From Candidatus Woesearchaeota archaeon (lineage in GTDB: Archaea; Nanobdellota; Nanobdellia; Woesearchaeales; JAFGLG01): a DNA stretch of 64,000 nt. The stretch covers positions 4,134 to 68,133 of the forward strand of contig JAFGLG010000017.1 in the NCBI GenBank assembly GCA_016928155.1, in the 5' to 3' direction. Both the position numbers and the translations under genes were made by a program. Below, one piece after another: positions 28,728 through 39,268 of this stretch (position 1 is the stretch's first letter; every line of letters starts with the position of its first letter). Under the pieces are notes generated by a model. That model searched no databases. It had not been told where the DNA came from and saw only the letters and a program-made list of their open reading frames with translations.

Positions 28728-30260
28728 TTGAAAGATTTTATGTCAAAAAAAGGTGTGCTTATTCTGTCAGTATTATTAGTGCTGATCATGATCCCTGTAT
28801 CATTAGGAGCCTATGAGAAAAAGGTTTATTCTGGTTCTGTGCTTTATCTTGAGGATTTGTGGATAAACTACACTGAAGGCCAGTTCAGGGTATCTTTGGG
28901 CTCCTCCAACAAGCTGACTGTCACTTTGCCTGATGGCTTCGGCATGATACTGATAAACAACACATGTGAGAAGAAGGATGATTTCACTGTCTGCTTCAAT
29001 AATCTCCGATATGATCATCATAATGCGACTCTTGATAAGGATATCAACAGGGCTTCTTTCAATATAAGTGAATCAAGGCCGAGCCCTGCATGGATCACGA
29101 TAAGACAATCGATCGACATCCCTGAGCTCAATATCGGCCAGTCTGCAAGGATTGAAGTCACTCTCGAGAACACAGGTGACCTGTCTGCCCAGAACACTTT
29201 ATACTCAGTCATTTTCCCTGATTTCTTCGACATCACACCATATGGGCCTTCAGTGAATCTTCAGGATGGTTCGTATCTTGTGAAGTGGCGGGGAGAGGTG
29301 AAGCCTGGTGAGAAGCGGTCTTTCAGTTACAGGATTGTGCCGAAATCAAACATCACATTGGAATCGAAAGCCCGCCTGAGCTATGATGACGGCGAGAAGA
29401 AGGCAGAGATGAATTCCCAGGTTATGAAGATAACAGTCCTGCCGCATCAGCTTGCCTTGGTGCTCTCCCCGCAGAACGGGTCTGTCGGATTGGGTGACTC
29501 CTTCATTTTCTCTGTCTGGATGAAGAATCTTGCTCAGAGATCCATTGATATAGACACCAGGATTGATGTCCCTGACTCTCTTAAGATCCTGGAAAAGGAC
29601 AAGAGGCTCCTCAACCTCGGCTGGAAAGGCAAGCTGGGCCCTCAGGAATCTGTGAACCTGACCTTGAATTTGTCGTCGACAAGGATAGGCAATTTTTCTG
29701 TCTTTGTAGGGACATCATATGTCTTGGACAGTATTGAGACTCATTTTGAGTCATCATCTGTCATCAGGCCGTATTGCGCCCCTCTTTTGTTGGAATATGA
29801 TATCACTGATAATATTGGCAGCATATCTATCCCAATTAGGATCAGGAATATCGGATCATGCGGATATAATAATGTGTCTTTGTCTGTCAGCTCGGATATT
29901 CCTGGTTTTTCAGGTTTCGAGAAGCATATCGGCACTCTTCCTGCCCGCATGCATGATTCCATAGATGATATCAGGATCATGACTCCCGAAGGTGATTTCT
30001 CTGCAGATATGGGATTGGGTATGCTTCTTGCCTATCAGACTTCATTCGGCCAGCAGTTCGAGATGTCAAAGGAGATAGATCTGGGTGTCGTGTCAGATTC
30101 TGGACAGGCACTTCATGAAGATCCGGAGGATGAGGGAGATTTCAGCTTCTTTGATTTCAGGTTCAATAAGGACTACTTGATGATAAGTGTTGTCACCTTT
30201 GTGATTGCGGCATTCATAATGCTGCATTTCTATTACAGGAAAGACCTGACTGAGCCCTAA
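28728..30260 (+). CDS. secreted cell-surface protein with C-terminal transmembrane anchor (S-layer/adhesin-like)
   Basis: N-terminal signal peptide MKDFMSKKGVLILSVLLVLIMIPVSLGA. C-terminal transmembrane helix VVTFVIAAFIMLHFYY followed by RKD. Confidence 0.4.
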   Translation: MKDFMSKKGVLILSVLLVLIMIPVSLGAYEKKVYSGSVLYLEDLWINYTEGQFRVSLGSSNKLTVTLPDGFGMILINNTCEKKDDFTVCFNNLRYDHHNATLDKDINRASFNISESRPSPAWITIRQSIDIPELNIGQSARIEVTLENTGDLSAQNTLYSVIFPDFFDITPYGPSVNLQDGSYLVKWRGEVKPGEKRSFSYRIVPKSNITLESKARLSYDDGEKKAEMNSQVMKITVLPHQLALVLSPQNGSVGLGDSFIFSVWMKNLAQRSIDIDTRIDVPDSLKILEKDKRLLNLGWKGKLGPQESVNLTLNLSSTRIGNFSVFVGTSYVLDSIETHFESSSVIRPYCAPLLLEYDITDNIGSISIPIRIRNIGSCGYNNVSLSVSSDIPGFSGFEKHIGTLPARMHDSIDDIRIMTPEGDFSADMGLGMLLAYQTSFGQQFEMSKEIDLGVVSDSGQALHEDPEDEGDFSFFDFRFNKDYLMISVVTFVIAAFIMLHFYYRKDLTEP

Positions 30261-31351
30261 GGCAGCCATGTCTTCGGATTCTCAAGCTTCGCCGGAAGGT
30301 ATTCTGTCATCACGGAATTCAGTCCGCGCGCAGCAAGAGCCTGCTGCTCTGCCCTGACTTTCAGCGTCGTGATATCCTTGAGCGCTTTCTGCCACTGCGG
30401 ATACTGCCTGACAAACGGGTCGTTCTTCATCCCGTCCTTTATCCTCTTGATGTCGACTTCCTTCAGAGGGTGCGTCGGAAGCTTGTAATCGACGATGTCC
30501 TGTGCTGTGATCCCGAAGAATTTGGCGTTCGGCACGCAGAAGTATTTGTTGATATGCGCCGCATTCCCTGAACCCACTTTCAGGGTCCTGTAGATGTTCA
30601 GCCAGCCGTAGGGGTCCCCGTCTGTGAAGGCATAGACTGGTAATTTCTTGTAGTCAGACAGTCTTCTTATGAATCTCCTGCATGCCCTTGTCGGCACTCC
30701 GCCGAGGCTTATCAGTATGCAGTTCGCTGTCTTCCAGTAGGAGTGCTTGACGAGCCTCTGGTACATACCTGCCGTCTCTATCGCAAGGATGAACTTGGCA
30801 TTCGTCTCGAAACCGAGGTGCTCGACTGAGCTGGGCACCGAATAGGCCCCTGTCCCCATCTTGCTGCAGTCTATCTTCACCTCATTCCCTGTGGAAGGGT
30901 CCTTGTCGACGACAACAAGCTTGCCTGCGACATCGCCTCCCTTCTCTTCCGGGATGAACCCTATCTGTTCCCTGTTGACCATCAGCATCGCTTCTATATC
31001 ATCCATGACAGCATCGGATTCTGGCTGCTCCCTGAACCTTGCGTCGCCCCAGTTCTTTGAGATGTAGTACGCTTCCCTTTTTGTCGCGATGTCATCTGTC
31101 TTTATGAGCTCTTTCGAGAATGACATCAGCCTCAGTGTCTGGGCGAATGTCTTGACAGTGCTCGCTGTGAGTGTCCTGTTCTTCATCTTCCCCAGGAGCT
31201 CAAAATATCCCACTTTCGGATCATAGGTGACATTGTTGAGCGCCCTCAGAGGCATGGCTATCTCAGGCTTCTCTTTCTTGATTATGCTTTTGTATATGCT
31301 GGTTGCTATGTCCTTTATCCCGTCCAGCACATTCTTACTCATCCATATCAC
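30257..31351 (-). CDS. top6A: DNA topoisomerase VI subunit A (Spo11-like)
   Basis: Toprim motif AFTDGDPYG. 364 aa. Overlaps top6B by 17 nt. Confidence 0.9.
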   Translation of the reverse strand: MIWMSKNVLDGIKDIATSIYKSIIKKEKPEIAMPLRALNNVTYDPKVGYFELLGKMKNRTLTASTVKTFAQTLRLMSFSKELIKTDDIATKREAYYISKNWGDARFREQPESDAVMDDIEAMLMVNREQIGFIPEEKGGDVAGKLVVVDKDPSTGNEVKIDCSKMGTGAYSVPSSVEHLGFETNAKFILAIETAGMYQRLVKHSYWKTANCILISLGGVPTRACRRFIRRLSDYKKLPVYAFTDGDPYGWLNIYRTLKVGSGNAAHINKYFCVPNAKFFGITAQDIVDYKLPTHPLKEVDIKRIKDGMKNDPFVRQYPQWQKALKDITTLKVRAEQQALAARGLNSVMTEYLPAKLENPKTWLP

Positions 31352-32951
31352 TCGTCACTATGGTTTCGTCCTTCATCTCTACACCCTGTTTCCTTGAGCT
31401 CTCCAGTATGTCTTTGAGGTTTGTGAGCACTCTCTGCTCCTGGGCGTCGTCCAGGCCGCACAGGTCCTTCAGCGCGGATCCGACATGGGGCAGGAATTTC
31501 TCTATATAGCTCCTTTTCTGGAGCTCGTCTCCGACCCTTCTTTTCTTGGCTACATATTTGTACAGCTGCCTGCCGCATTCCTGCAGCGCCAGCTTTATCT
31601 CCTTGCTGATTTCCGGGTAATGGGCGATCGCTTCTTTTGCCTCTGATGTGAAAGGCGCCCATACTGATACGAAATGTACCAGTATGACGACTGGGCCGAC
31701 CGGCAGCGAGTTCTGGCTCTGCTGCAGCCCGTATGACCTCCATGTGGTCTCGGTTATCGCATCTGTTATGGCGCAGGCTCCTTGCTGATACAGCAGCGGC
31801 ACCCGGTTGGCGAACCTGAGCACAGTTGCGCTCTTCTCTGCCTCAAGCTGCCCGCCATATGCTATCCCTGCTTCGATGACAAACGGATTGCCCCTGTATA
31901 CGCTCGGCGGTCTTGAGGTTGAGGCATAGAATTCTGCCTGGAATTCCTTCTTCATCCCTTTCAGAACAAGCTCGTGGCCGAGTGGGCTGATGCAGTCAGT
32001 GGGGGGCGCTATTATCTTGGTGTCATGGATCGCTTTTATCAGCCTTTCAGCCTGGTCCCTGCTCACGCTCTCCGGTTTCACATTTGTTAGGACTGATGCT
32101 TTTTGGCATATCTCTTTTGCAGTGCCCGGACCGACCCGGGAGAATTCTGTGACAAGGAACTGCTGCAGTGTTCTCGTCTCAGTGTTGTTCAGCATCTTTA
32201 TCAGGACGCCTAGCTCCACGCCGTGAGGGTGCGGTTTTATCTCCTTCGGCTCTGCCGGCAGTTCATCAGTGGCCCGCGGGAATATTATCTGCTCTGCCTT
32301 TGGATTGGTATAGACGAAGGTCGCATGGGGGTTTATGGTCGCTGTCTCCTTCAGGTATTCATCGACGCTCTGCGGCCCTTTCTGGTATGATGCCTCTAGG
32401 TCAAGCTCGAGCCTGGTGCCGTGGTCCTTGTTCCATTCAACTGATTCCTCTTTCTTGACGTCAGGATGGTTCTTCTGCGTGTCGATATGGAGTTCGCAGT
32501 AGTTTGCAGGCTCATTCGACCCTGTCTTTGAGGTGATCCTGATCGGCCTTCCTGTTGTGAGCTGGCCGTACAGCGCAGCTGCGCTGATTCCGATGCCCTG
32601 CTGACCTCTTGCCTGCTTGAGGGTGTGGAATTTGCTCCCATAGAGAAGCTTTGCGAATATCTTGGGTATCTGTTTCTTCACGATCCCGGGCCCGTTGTCC
32701 TCGACAATTATCCTGAAGCGGTCATTCCCCATGTCTATTATCTCCACTGATATTTCAGGGAGTATCTTCGCTTCCTCGCATGCGTCAAGTGAATTGTCGA
32801 CTGCTTCCTTCACTGCGGTCAGCAGTGCCTTCCTTTTGTTGTCGAAACCGAGAAGATGCCTGTTCTTCTCGAAGAATTCTGCGACCGATATCTCGCGTTG
32901 CTTTGTCGCCATCTGCTCGGCGATATTTGATTTGTCACCCTCTTTTGTCAT
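31335..32951 (-). CDS. top6B: DNA topoisomerase VI subunit B (GHKL ATPase)
   Basis: Bergerat-fold motifs EAVDNSLDA and IVEDNGPGI. 538 aa. Confidence 0.9.
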   Translation of the reverse strand: MTKEGDKSNIAEQMATKQREISVAEFFEKNRHLLGFDNKRKALLTAVKEAVDNSLDACEEAKILPEISVEIIDMGNDRFRIIVEDNGPGIVKKQIPKIFAKLLYGSKFHTLKQARGQQGIGISAAALYGQLTTGRPIRITSKTGSNEPANYCELHIDTQKNHPDVKKEESVEWNKDHGTRLELDLEASYQKGPQSVDEYLKETATINPHATFVYTNPKAEQIIFPRATDELPAEPKEIKPHPHGVELGVLIKMLNNTETRTLQQFLVTEFSRVGPGTAKEICQKASVLTNVKPESVSRDQAERLIKAIHDTKIIAPPTDCISPLGHELVLKGMKKEFQAEFYASTSRPPSVYRGNPFVIEAGIAYGGQLEAEKSATVLRFANRVPLLYQQGACAITDAITETTWRSYGLQQSQNSLPVGPVVILVHFVSVWAPFTSEAKEAIAHYPEISKEIKLALQECGRQLYKYVAKKRRVGDELQKRSYIEKFLPHVGSALKDLCGLDDAQEQRVLTNLKDILESSRKQGVEMKDETIVTSDMDE

Positions 32952-32987
32952 TTGCCTGGTCCCCTTCTGGGTTATTTATTAATTTTT

Positions 32988-33539
32988 CTATAGGTTCCTT
33001 TCTGCAAATTGTCTCATCTGCAATTCTTTGTATCTTTTCTCGAGCCATTTGTAGACATTCTTGTGCGGGCTTCCGTTCAGCAATGACTCGACTGCTCTCC
33101 TTGCGATTGTCGCTGACTCTGCCTCTCCGATTATTCCGATTGTCTTTCCGTACACAGAGACAGAGCATCCTGTCAGGGTCTCTATTGTCTTCCTTGTCTT
33201 GCCGCCTGTCCCTATCACTCTTCCTTTTATCCTTTCCATGTGGCTTTTCTTGTCCTTGACATAATCTGTGACCTCAAGGATCTCGAGGACATAATCCTGT
33301 TTTGTGAGTAGCAGTGCAATCTCGGGATTGAATCCGCGGCCGATCGCTTTGATGATCTCTCTCGCTGAATAAAGCCCTATTGCATCATTTCCTGTTATCG
33401 TCACATCCCCTTCCTTTGAATCTATATCCAGGTTGGAGCTGGTCGCTTCTTCGAGCTGTGCTTTTGTCTCTCCGTTCTTTCCTATCAGTACAGCTATCCT
33501 TTCTTTTGGTATTTTGAGATCATACGCGAATTCTGGCAT
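32988..33539 (-). CDS. tandem KH-domain RNA-binding protein (archaeal Dim2/Pno1-like)
   Basis: Two KH GxxG loops: LIGKNGETK and VIGTGGKTRK. Confidence 0.65.
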   Translation of the reverse strand: MPEFAYDLKIPKERIAVLIGKNGETKAQLEEATSSNLDIDSKEGDVTITGNDAIGLYSAREIIKAIGRGFNPEIALLLTKQDYVLEILEVTDYVKDKKSHMERIKGRVIGTGGKTRKTIETLTGCSVSVYGKTIGIIGEAESATIARRAVESLLNGSPHKNVYKWLEKRYKELQMRQFAERNL

Positions 33540-33590
33540 ATTAGGCCTTCTTGCCTGCTTCTTTTTTAACTTTTCTATACTAAGAACAAA

Positions 33591-33678
33591 CTTACACTTA
33601 CAATGTAAGTAATTCTTTACCTACAATGTAAGTATTAATACTCACAATGTAAGTATTATACCTACATTGTAAGTATAA
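33591..33678. repeat. four copies of the palindromic core ACAATGTAAGTA at 21-22 nt spacing in the promoter region
   Basis: cttacaATGTAAGTAattc / cctACAATGTAAGTAtta / ctcACAATGTAAGTAtta / cctACATTGTAAGTAtaa. The core TTACA(A/T)TGTAA is self-complementary. Confidence 0.7.
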
Positions 33679-34381
33679 AAAGATACCAAAAGAGACTCAA
33701 TGATAATAAGAATATCAACAATCCCAAAACAAATATTTACTAATTAGTAACAAAAATCGAAACATATAAATATAAGTTATGCCTATACAATGGTAACAGA
33801 TTTGGTTGTCAATCAAATCATCATGCTAACCACCTCTTTTTCCCTAGCAAAGCACTGCAAAGTGCTTTGCCAGGGTTTTTATGCTCATCAGCTCTTGCTT
33901 ATTTCTTCTTGATTCGATAGAACTGGAAAATGCGCTTTTTCAGAGCAAAACAAAATCTTTATATACTCATGAAATCATTGATTGGATATACCGAATTTGC
34001 ACAAATGGGTCCTTTTTTGAGCAGAAACCTTGTGTTTCGGCAGTGATATCAAGCCACTCTTGTGCAATACAGCCCGTCACGAGAGTACCCAACAGAGCAT
34101 ACGATGAGGGAGTGATTCGCTACCGCTTCCATTATCAAGCGATGAGTTTGGGAGTTAGTGCATCGGGCATCATATTCATTGTCATAAGATCACATATTGC
34201 AGAAGAACACTTTCATTTCATCATTAGGGGTTGGTTAGGGTATTAGTTCTGATGTAATTTGTGAGTAGGATGATTATTAAAATGAGAAAGGCTATTTCAC
34301 ATTCATTGGATCACTCAGTTTTGGCTGATTTGGATTATTTTGGGGAGTGAGTAGCTTTTTCTTTGATAGGAGGGAAATAAA

Positions 34382-35656
34382 ATGGGTAAGATAAGCCCGG
34401 TATCTGCAAAATATATAGTCCATACCACTATTGATATTGAGGGTGTTGTTGACAGGCCTGATGTCATTGGCGCGATTTTCGGCCAGACAGAGGGATTATT
34501 GGGATCTGATCTCGAGCTCAGGGAGCTCCAGAGGTCTGGAAGGATTGGCAGGATTGAGGTCGATGTCGAGACAAAGAACGGTAAGACAAAGGGCAATATA
34601 ATAATCCCTTCTTCGCTTGACAAGGCTGAGACATCCATCATTGCAGCTGCCTTGGAGATCATCCAGAGGATAGGTCCGTGCAATGCGAAGATCAAGGTCG
34701 AGAACATCGAGGATGTCAGGATTTCTAAGAGGAATTTTGTCATAGAGAGGGCCAAGGAACTGCTGAAAGGCCTGATGGACAATGTCCTGCCTGACTCGCA
34801 GGAGCTCACCGATGAGGTGGCCTATTCTGTGAGGATTATGGAGTGCCAGGAGTACGGGAGGGAGCGTCTTCCTGCAGGCCCCGCGATCGACGAGTCTGAC
34901 GAGGTCATTGTGGTCGAGGGCCGGGCTGATGTCCTTAACCTCCTGAAGCATGGCATCAAGAACTCTATCGCAATAAACGGCACCAACATACCTCAGACCA
35001 TAATGGAGCTCTCCAGGAAGAAGATCGTGACTGTCTTTGTCGACGGTGACAGGGGCGGTGATCTGATAATTAAGGAGATCCTTGAGGTCGGCGAGATAGA
35101 TTATGTTACAAAGGCCCCTGACGGCAAGGAAGTCGAGGAGATCACAAAGAAGGAGATCCACAAGGCTTTGAGGAGCAGGATGACTGCTGAGCAGGCCAAG
35201 CTTGAGATAGGCGCGAGGAAGGACCTTGATCAGGAGAGGTCCAGGAGGCCTACGATAAGCAATGGCAACAGGGATCAGAGGCGTGATTTCCAGCAGAAGA
35301 GGGATTTCAGGCCGCCTGAACAGAGGGACAGGCCGCAGCCGCCGGTGCAGAGGCCCAGGATCACTGATGAGGAGAAGGCCAAGTTCAAGGAGATGCTTGA
35401 GGGCCTTATCGGGACAAGGGGTGCTTTTGTGCTAGACGACAAGCTGAACATCCTAGGCAAGGTCCCCATTACAGAGCTCCAGTCCACACTGAAGAGCCTG
35501 AACAGGGGAATCTATGCTGTTGTCATGGACGGCAACATCGACAAGAACCTGCTCCAGATGGCAGAGAGATCGCAGGTGAAGTTCCTTGTCGCCATGGACG
35601 CAAAGGTCAAGCCGACCGGCCCGCACATCACTATCGTGACAGGCGCGAACCTTTGA
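34382..35656 (+). CDS. dnaG: archaeal DnaG-like primase (TOPRIM)
   Basis: N-terminus MGKISPVSAKYIVHTTIDIEGVVDRPDVIGAIFGQTEGLLG. TOPRIM motifs VVVEGRADVLNL and VFVDGDRGGD. Confidence 0.85.
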   Translation: MGKISPVSAKYIVHTTIDIEGVVDRPDVIGAIFGQTEGLLGSDLELRELQRSGRIGRIEVDVETKNGKTKGNIIIPSSLDKAETSIIAAALEIIQRIGPCNAKIKVENIEDVRISKRNFVIERAKELLKGLMDNVLPDSQELTDEVAYSVRIMECQEYGRERLPAGPAIDESDEVIVVEGRADVLNLLKHGIKNSIAINGTNIPQTIMELSRKKIVTVFVDGDRGGDLIIKEILEVGEIDYVTKAPDGKEVEEITKKEIHKALRSRMTAEQAKLEIGARKDLDQERSRRPTISNGNRDQRRDFQQKRDFRPPEQRDRPQPPVQRPRITDEEKAKFKEMLEGLIGTRGAFVLDDKLNILGKVPITELQSTLKSLNRGIYAVVMDGNIDKNLLQMAERSQVKFLVAMDAKVKPTGPHITIVTGANL

Positions 35657-35698
35657 TGTCATGATCTGTGATTCAAAAAAAATTTAAGTAGGGACCTC

Positions 35699-36118
35699 TT
35701 GGGGATACTCATGATTAGTTCAAAAGAGCTGTCTGGGTGGGCACTGGATTATGTCAGGAGCAGGGATGCCCATTTCAGGAGGATTCAGGATATCGCCCGG
35801 CGGGGTGATGATTTTTTTGTTAAGTTCTCTGATAGGGAAGTGCTCTATCTTATTGAGCCTGACATGAAGGCTGATTCCTTGGATAAGGATAAGAACTATG
35901 TTCTTGTGACCCTGAATACAAAGAAGAATTTTGATGCGCTGATAAGGGTTTGGCCGGATCTGAAGGCCATCAGGGGCCTTGCTGTGTGGTTTGTGAATCC
36001 GAATTCAGCGAATGAGACCAAGTGGATGATCAATCCTTATATCCATTCCAAGATATGTGATGATGAATCTCTGAAGACCGGCCTCAAGGCCATGTTCGAC
36101 ACTGTTGATGTAATCTGA
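35699..36118 (+). CDS. hypothetical protein
   Basis: 139-aa ORF with no recognised motif. Confidence 0.3.
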   Translation: MGILMISSKELSGWALDYVRSRDAHFRRIQDIARRGDDFFVKFSDREVLYLIEPDMKADSLDKDKNYVLVTLNTKKNFDALIRVWPDLKAIRGLAVWFVNPNSANETKWMINPYIHSKICDDESLKTGLKAMFDTVDVI

Positions 36119-36187
36119 TTTTTTCTTATGAAGATATTTTGTAGTTCGCATCATCCTCTGCCTTGTGATATTTCTAGAGAGAAAATT

Positions 36188-36260
36188 CAAGTGGCCACGA
36201 CCAGATTCGCAGAGCGAATCTGGATAAATCCTGATTTTATCCCTTGGATTTTCAGATGGG
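36188..36260. repeat. extended-hairpin repeat element, copy 2
   Basis: ccacgaCCAGATTCGC-aga-GCGAATCTGGataaatcctgattttATCCCTTGgATTTTCaga. Confidence 0.55.
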
Positions 36261-36342
36261 TCAAGGGATTAGGGCAAAGGATCAAGAGGGTTAGTGCAAA
36301 AATATCTTGGCTAACAGTACAAAAAGATTAGAAAAAGAAACT

Positions 36343-36615
36343 TTATTCCTTCTCTTCTTCCGGATTATAGGAAGGCACAGCTGATTTGCTTATCACCATG
36401 ATGTCACCTATGGCCTTGACCAGCTGGTGCGGGATGATGACTCCTTTCGCGCTTCCCAGGACCCGGTTAAGGAAACTTGATTTTGTGGACTTGACTCTCC
36501 AGCCGAACACCTTGTTTTTTGTGAGGATTGCCTCTTCGACATCGCCGAAATAATCGCCATTGTCTGTGAAGACTTTCATCTCATAGGATTCGCTGATTTT
36601 CTTCATCTTGATCAT
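36343..36615 (-). CDS. small PRC-barrel-like protein
   Basis: 90 aa. The pattern KVFTDNGDYFGDVEEAIL...KVFGWRV looks PRC-barrel-like, but this is weak. Confidence 0.3.
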   Translation of the reverse strand: MIKMKKISESYEMKVFTDNGDYFGDVEEAILTKNKVFGWRVKSTKSSFLNRVLGSAKGVIIPHQLVKAIGDIMVISKSAVPSYNPEEEKE

Positions 36616-36739
36616 TTTTCCCCTCCTTTAGTGTAACTTGGATAAAAAAGTGATACCAAGACCAATGCCAGATGCCTATATAAAGTTTTCGTCATAATCT
36701 ATAAAAAGGCAAGGCTTCCCCAACAGGAAGTATTTAAAA

Positions 36740-37462
36740 ATGGATAATCTGCTGATTGTCGGGACTTCTCACATTGCAAGCCAGAGTGTGAAGGAGGTGA
36801 ATGAGGCTTTTGAGGGTTTCAGGCCTGATATCATCGCTGTTGAGCTTGATCCCCATCGCCTCTATGCCCTGACCCATAAGCAGAAGGGCTTCTCTTTCAG
36901 GGATGCCATGAGTGTGGGTTTCACCGGTTTTCTCTTCAGCCTGATCGGAGGCTTCATCCAGAAGAGGCTCGGCAGGATTGTCGGCATGGATCCTGGCTCT
37001 GAGATGCTTGAGGCAGTGAGGATTGCAAAGGCTAAGAAAGTGAGGTTTGCGCTGATTGACCAGGACATCCAGATAACCTTGGCCCGTTTCTCGAAATCCC
37101 TGACATGGAGAGAGAAATTTAGGATTGTGGGTGATATTTTCTCTGGAATATTCTTCAGGAAGAGGCAGATGAGCAAGTATGGGCTGGATTCCATTGACCT
37201 TGATAAGGTGCCTGAGCAGGAGCTCATCAGGAAGATGATAAGCATCATCAGGAAGCGTTATCCTAACATATATAAGGTGCTTATCCATGAGCGCAACAGG
37301 TACATGGCTGATCGCTTGTCATATATTCTGGAGCATGAGCCTGACAGGAGGGTCCTTGCTGTTGTTGGTGCAGGCCATAAGGATGGCATGGAGAAGATGC
37401 TTTCTAAAGGGGCTGCCCCTGCTTCTCCTGACTACTCTTTCTCGTATGAATTCAAAAGCTGA
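36740..37462 (+). CDS. TraB/PrgY/GumN-family protein
   Basis: LLIVGTSHIASQSVKEVNEAFEGFRPDIIAVELD matches the GTAHVSxxSxxEV...PDxVAVELD family signature. Confidence 0.65.
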   Translation: MDNLLIVGTSHIASQSVKEVNEAFEGFRPDIIAVELDPHRLYALTHKQKGFSFRDAMSVGFTGFLFSLIGGFIQKRLGRIVGMDPGSEMLEAVRIAKAKKVRFALIDQDIQITLARFSKSLTWREKFRIVGDIFSGIFFRKRQMSKYGLDSIDLDKVPEQELIRKMISIIRKRYPNIYKVLIHERNRYMADRLSYILEHEPDRRVLAVVGAGHKDGMEKMLSKGAAPASPDYSFSYEFKS

Positions 37463-37520
37463 TGCACAAAGCGAAGAACAGGGAAAAATTTTTAATATAC
37501 AGGCCGTTTAAAAAGCTGTA

Positions 37521-38255
37521 ATGTCAGATCTATGGTATAATATCAAGAGGTACGGCCTTTTCAGCGCTGAAGAGACCAAGTACTTGGTGATATCTATCCT
37601 TGTACTGGGACTGGTTGTGGGCTATGATGATGGCAGGCCTGTGTTCAATGCTGCTCTTTGGAGCTTTAATCTGCTGAATTCAGTGCTGATCGTTGCTCTG
37701 ACTATCTTGGTCAACCAGATTGGCCACCGTATCGCTGCCCTTTCCATAGGCCTGAGAGCTGAGTTCAAGATATGGTATGCCGGCATCATCTTTGCGCTCA
37801 TCATTGCAGTGGTGACGAGAGGCAAGTTCTGGTTCCTCCTTGTGCCAGGGGGCATAATTGTCCATCATATGATGGGCCACAGGATGACTTATTTCAGATA
37901 TGGCCTGAATTATTGGGCTATTGCGATGGTTGCGACAGGCGGGATTCTGGCCAATGTGATGCTCGCCCTTTTCCTTAAGATAATCATGGCGACGCCTTTG
38001 GCAAATCCTTTGGTCGAGAAGGCCCTTCTCGTGAATATAGTCTATGCTTTTGTGAATATGCTCCCTATCCCTCCGCTTGATGGCTCGCATCTTTTCTTCT
38101 CGTCAAGGGCAACATACTCTTGGGTCTTTGGTTTTGTCCTTGGCCTTTGCCTCCTGCTCTATTTCACGAATTTCTGGCTGAGCCTGCTCGGCGCTGTGGT
38201 CATAGGGACTATTGTCTGGATAATGTTCCTTTACTTCATCGAGGTGCCTGGATGA
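37521..38255 (+). CDS. site-2-protease (M50)-like membrane protein with degenerate HExxH (NQIGH)
   Basis: The M50 hallmark LPIPPLDGSHL is present. The transmembrane helix motif reads LVNQIGHRIAAL where VLHELGHALAA is expected, so His and Glu are replaced by Asn and Gln. Confidence 0.45.
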   Translation: MSDLWYNIKRYGLFSAEETKYLVISILVLGLVVGYDDGRPVFNAALWSFNLLNSVLIVALTILVNQIGHRIAALSIGLRAEFKIWYAGIIFALIIAVVTRGKFWFLLVPGGIIVHHMMGHRMTYFRYGLNYWAIAMVATGGILANVMLALFLKIIMATPLANPLVEKALLVNIVYAFVNMLPIPPLDGSHLFFSSRATYSWVFGFVLGLCLLLYFTNFWLSLLGAVVIGTIVWIMFLYFIEVPG

Positions 38256-38602
38256 GGATGCTGAGAGGCAGGAGAGGCCTGGAGTATTACATGGACTGGG
38301 CTGAGATCTTTTTCTTCATCCTGCTGGTGATTGGCTTTGTGCTCTCCCTGTCCACAGGGAGCGCTTTTGTCAGCTATGTCATCATCATCCTGACAGGGCT
38401 TTTGTCAGGGCGCATCCTGCATGACAGGAAGCATAAGGGCAAATTCCCTTATTATCTCATAATAATAGGTTTCCTGCTCGGTTATCTGATTGGGAATTTC
38501 TATGCCAACACCAAGGTGCTGATGTTCTTATTCATTGTCGTCAACATATTCAGCTACTGGCTTCATGAGAAAGGCTATATGGAGAAGGGTCTTTTTTCCT
38601 AG
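38253..38602 (+). CDS. small membrane protein
   Basis: Three predicted transmembrane helices. The start is taken at an internal ATG to avoid overlap with the upstream gene. The track ORF begins at 38120. Confidence 0.3.
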
Positions 38603-39159
38603 CTTCCTATCGGCAGGCTGTATCTCCATATATTGTATGCAAAGTTGAGTTTGCTGAAGAGGTCGAATTTCTCTCTTTCATCCATTGTGACAAATTCTGC
38701 TGACGTGCCGGCTGTCTGGAGCTGCTGGTCCATCATCCTGTACCTGATGACCTTTTCAGCTGTCTTGTAGCTCATTGAGTCAGCGTCTGTCTTCATCTGC
38801 TCAGGTATGAGATCATATGCTTCTTCTTTCCTGGCGCCGGATGGAGTGCTTTCAGTGTATGCCTGGTATGGCATTGCCTCCTGCTTCTGGTGTCTCGCGA
38901 TATAATTGAAGAATTCCTTCATCTTGTCAGATATGCGTGAATATGGGGCTGGATGAGATCTGGTATCTTTCACAGGCCCGGGCATGCTCTCTTCTTTTGC
39001 CTTCACAACAACCTGTCTTATCTCATCCTCTATTGTCTTCTGGCTTGCGCTTTGGAGTGCCTTCTGCACAAGCATCTCAAGATAATCCTTGTCCCCTTTT
39101 TTCATATCCCACCTTTGATGTCTTGATTTTGTTGTGGGGAGATTTAAAAATTTAATCAT
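38599..39159 (-). CDS. hypothetical charged protein
   Basis: 186-aa ORF, coding-like, no recognised motif. Confidence 0.3.
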   Translation of the reverse strand: MIKFLNLPTTKSRHQRWDMKKGDKDYLEMLVQKALQSASQKTIEDEIRQVVVKAKEESMPGPVKDTRSHPAPYSRISDKMKEFFNYIARHQKQEAMPYQAYTESTPSGARKEEAYDLIPEQMKTDADSMSYKTAEKVIRYRMMDQQLQTAGTSAEFVTMDEREKFDLFSKLNFAYNIWRYSLPIGS

Positions 39160-39268
39160 CCGGTGGCTCCTGTTTTATCACAGCAACAGCTTAAATAGAT
39201 TTAAATAAACACTCCTCACTGGACACCCCTCAATAACCTATTTAAATGCAGGATGATGCTTCTGCAGG

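Noticed and set aside
34315-35161. 164-aa and 221-aa minus-strand ORFs inside dnaG.
   Set aside because: They are antisense to a strongly supported DnaG gene.
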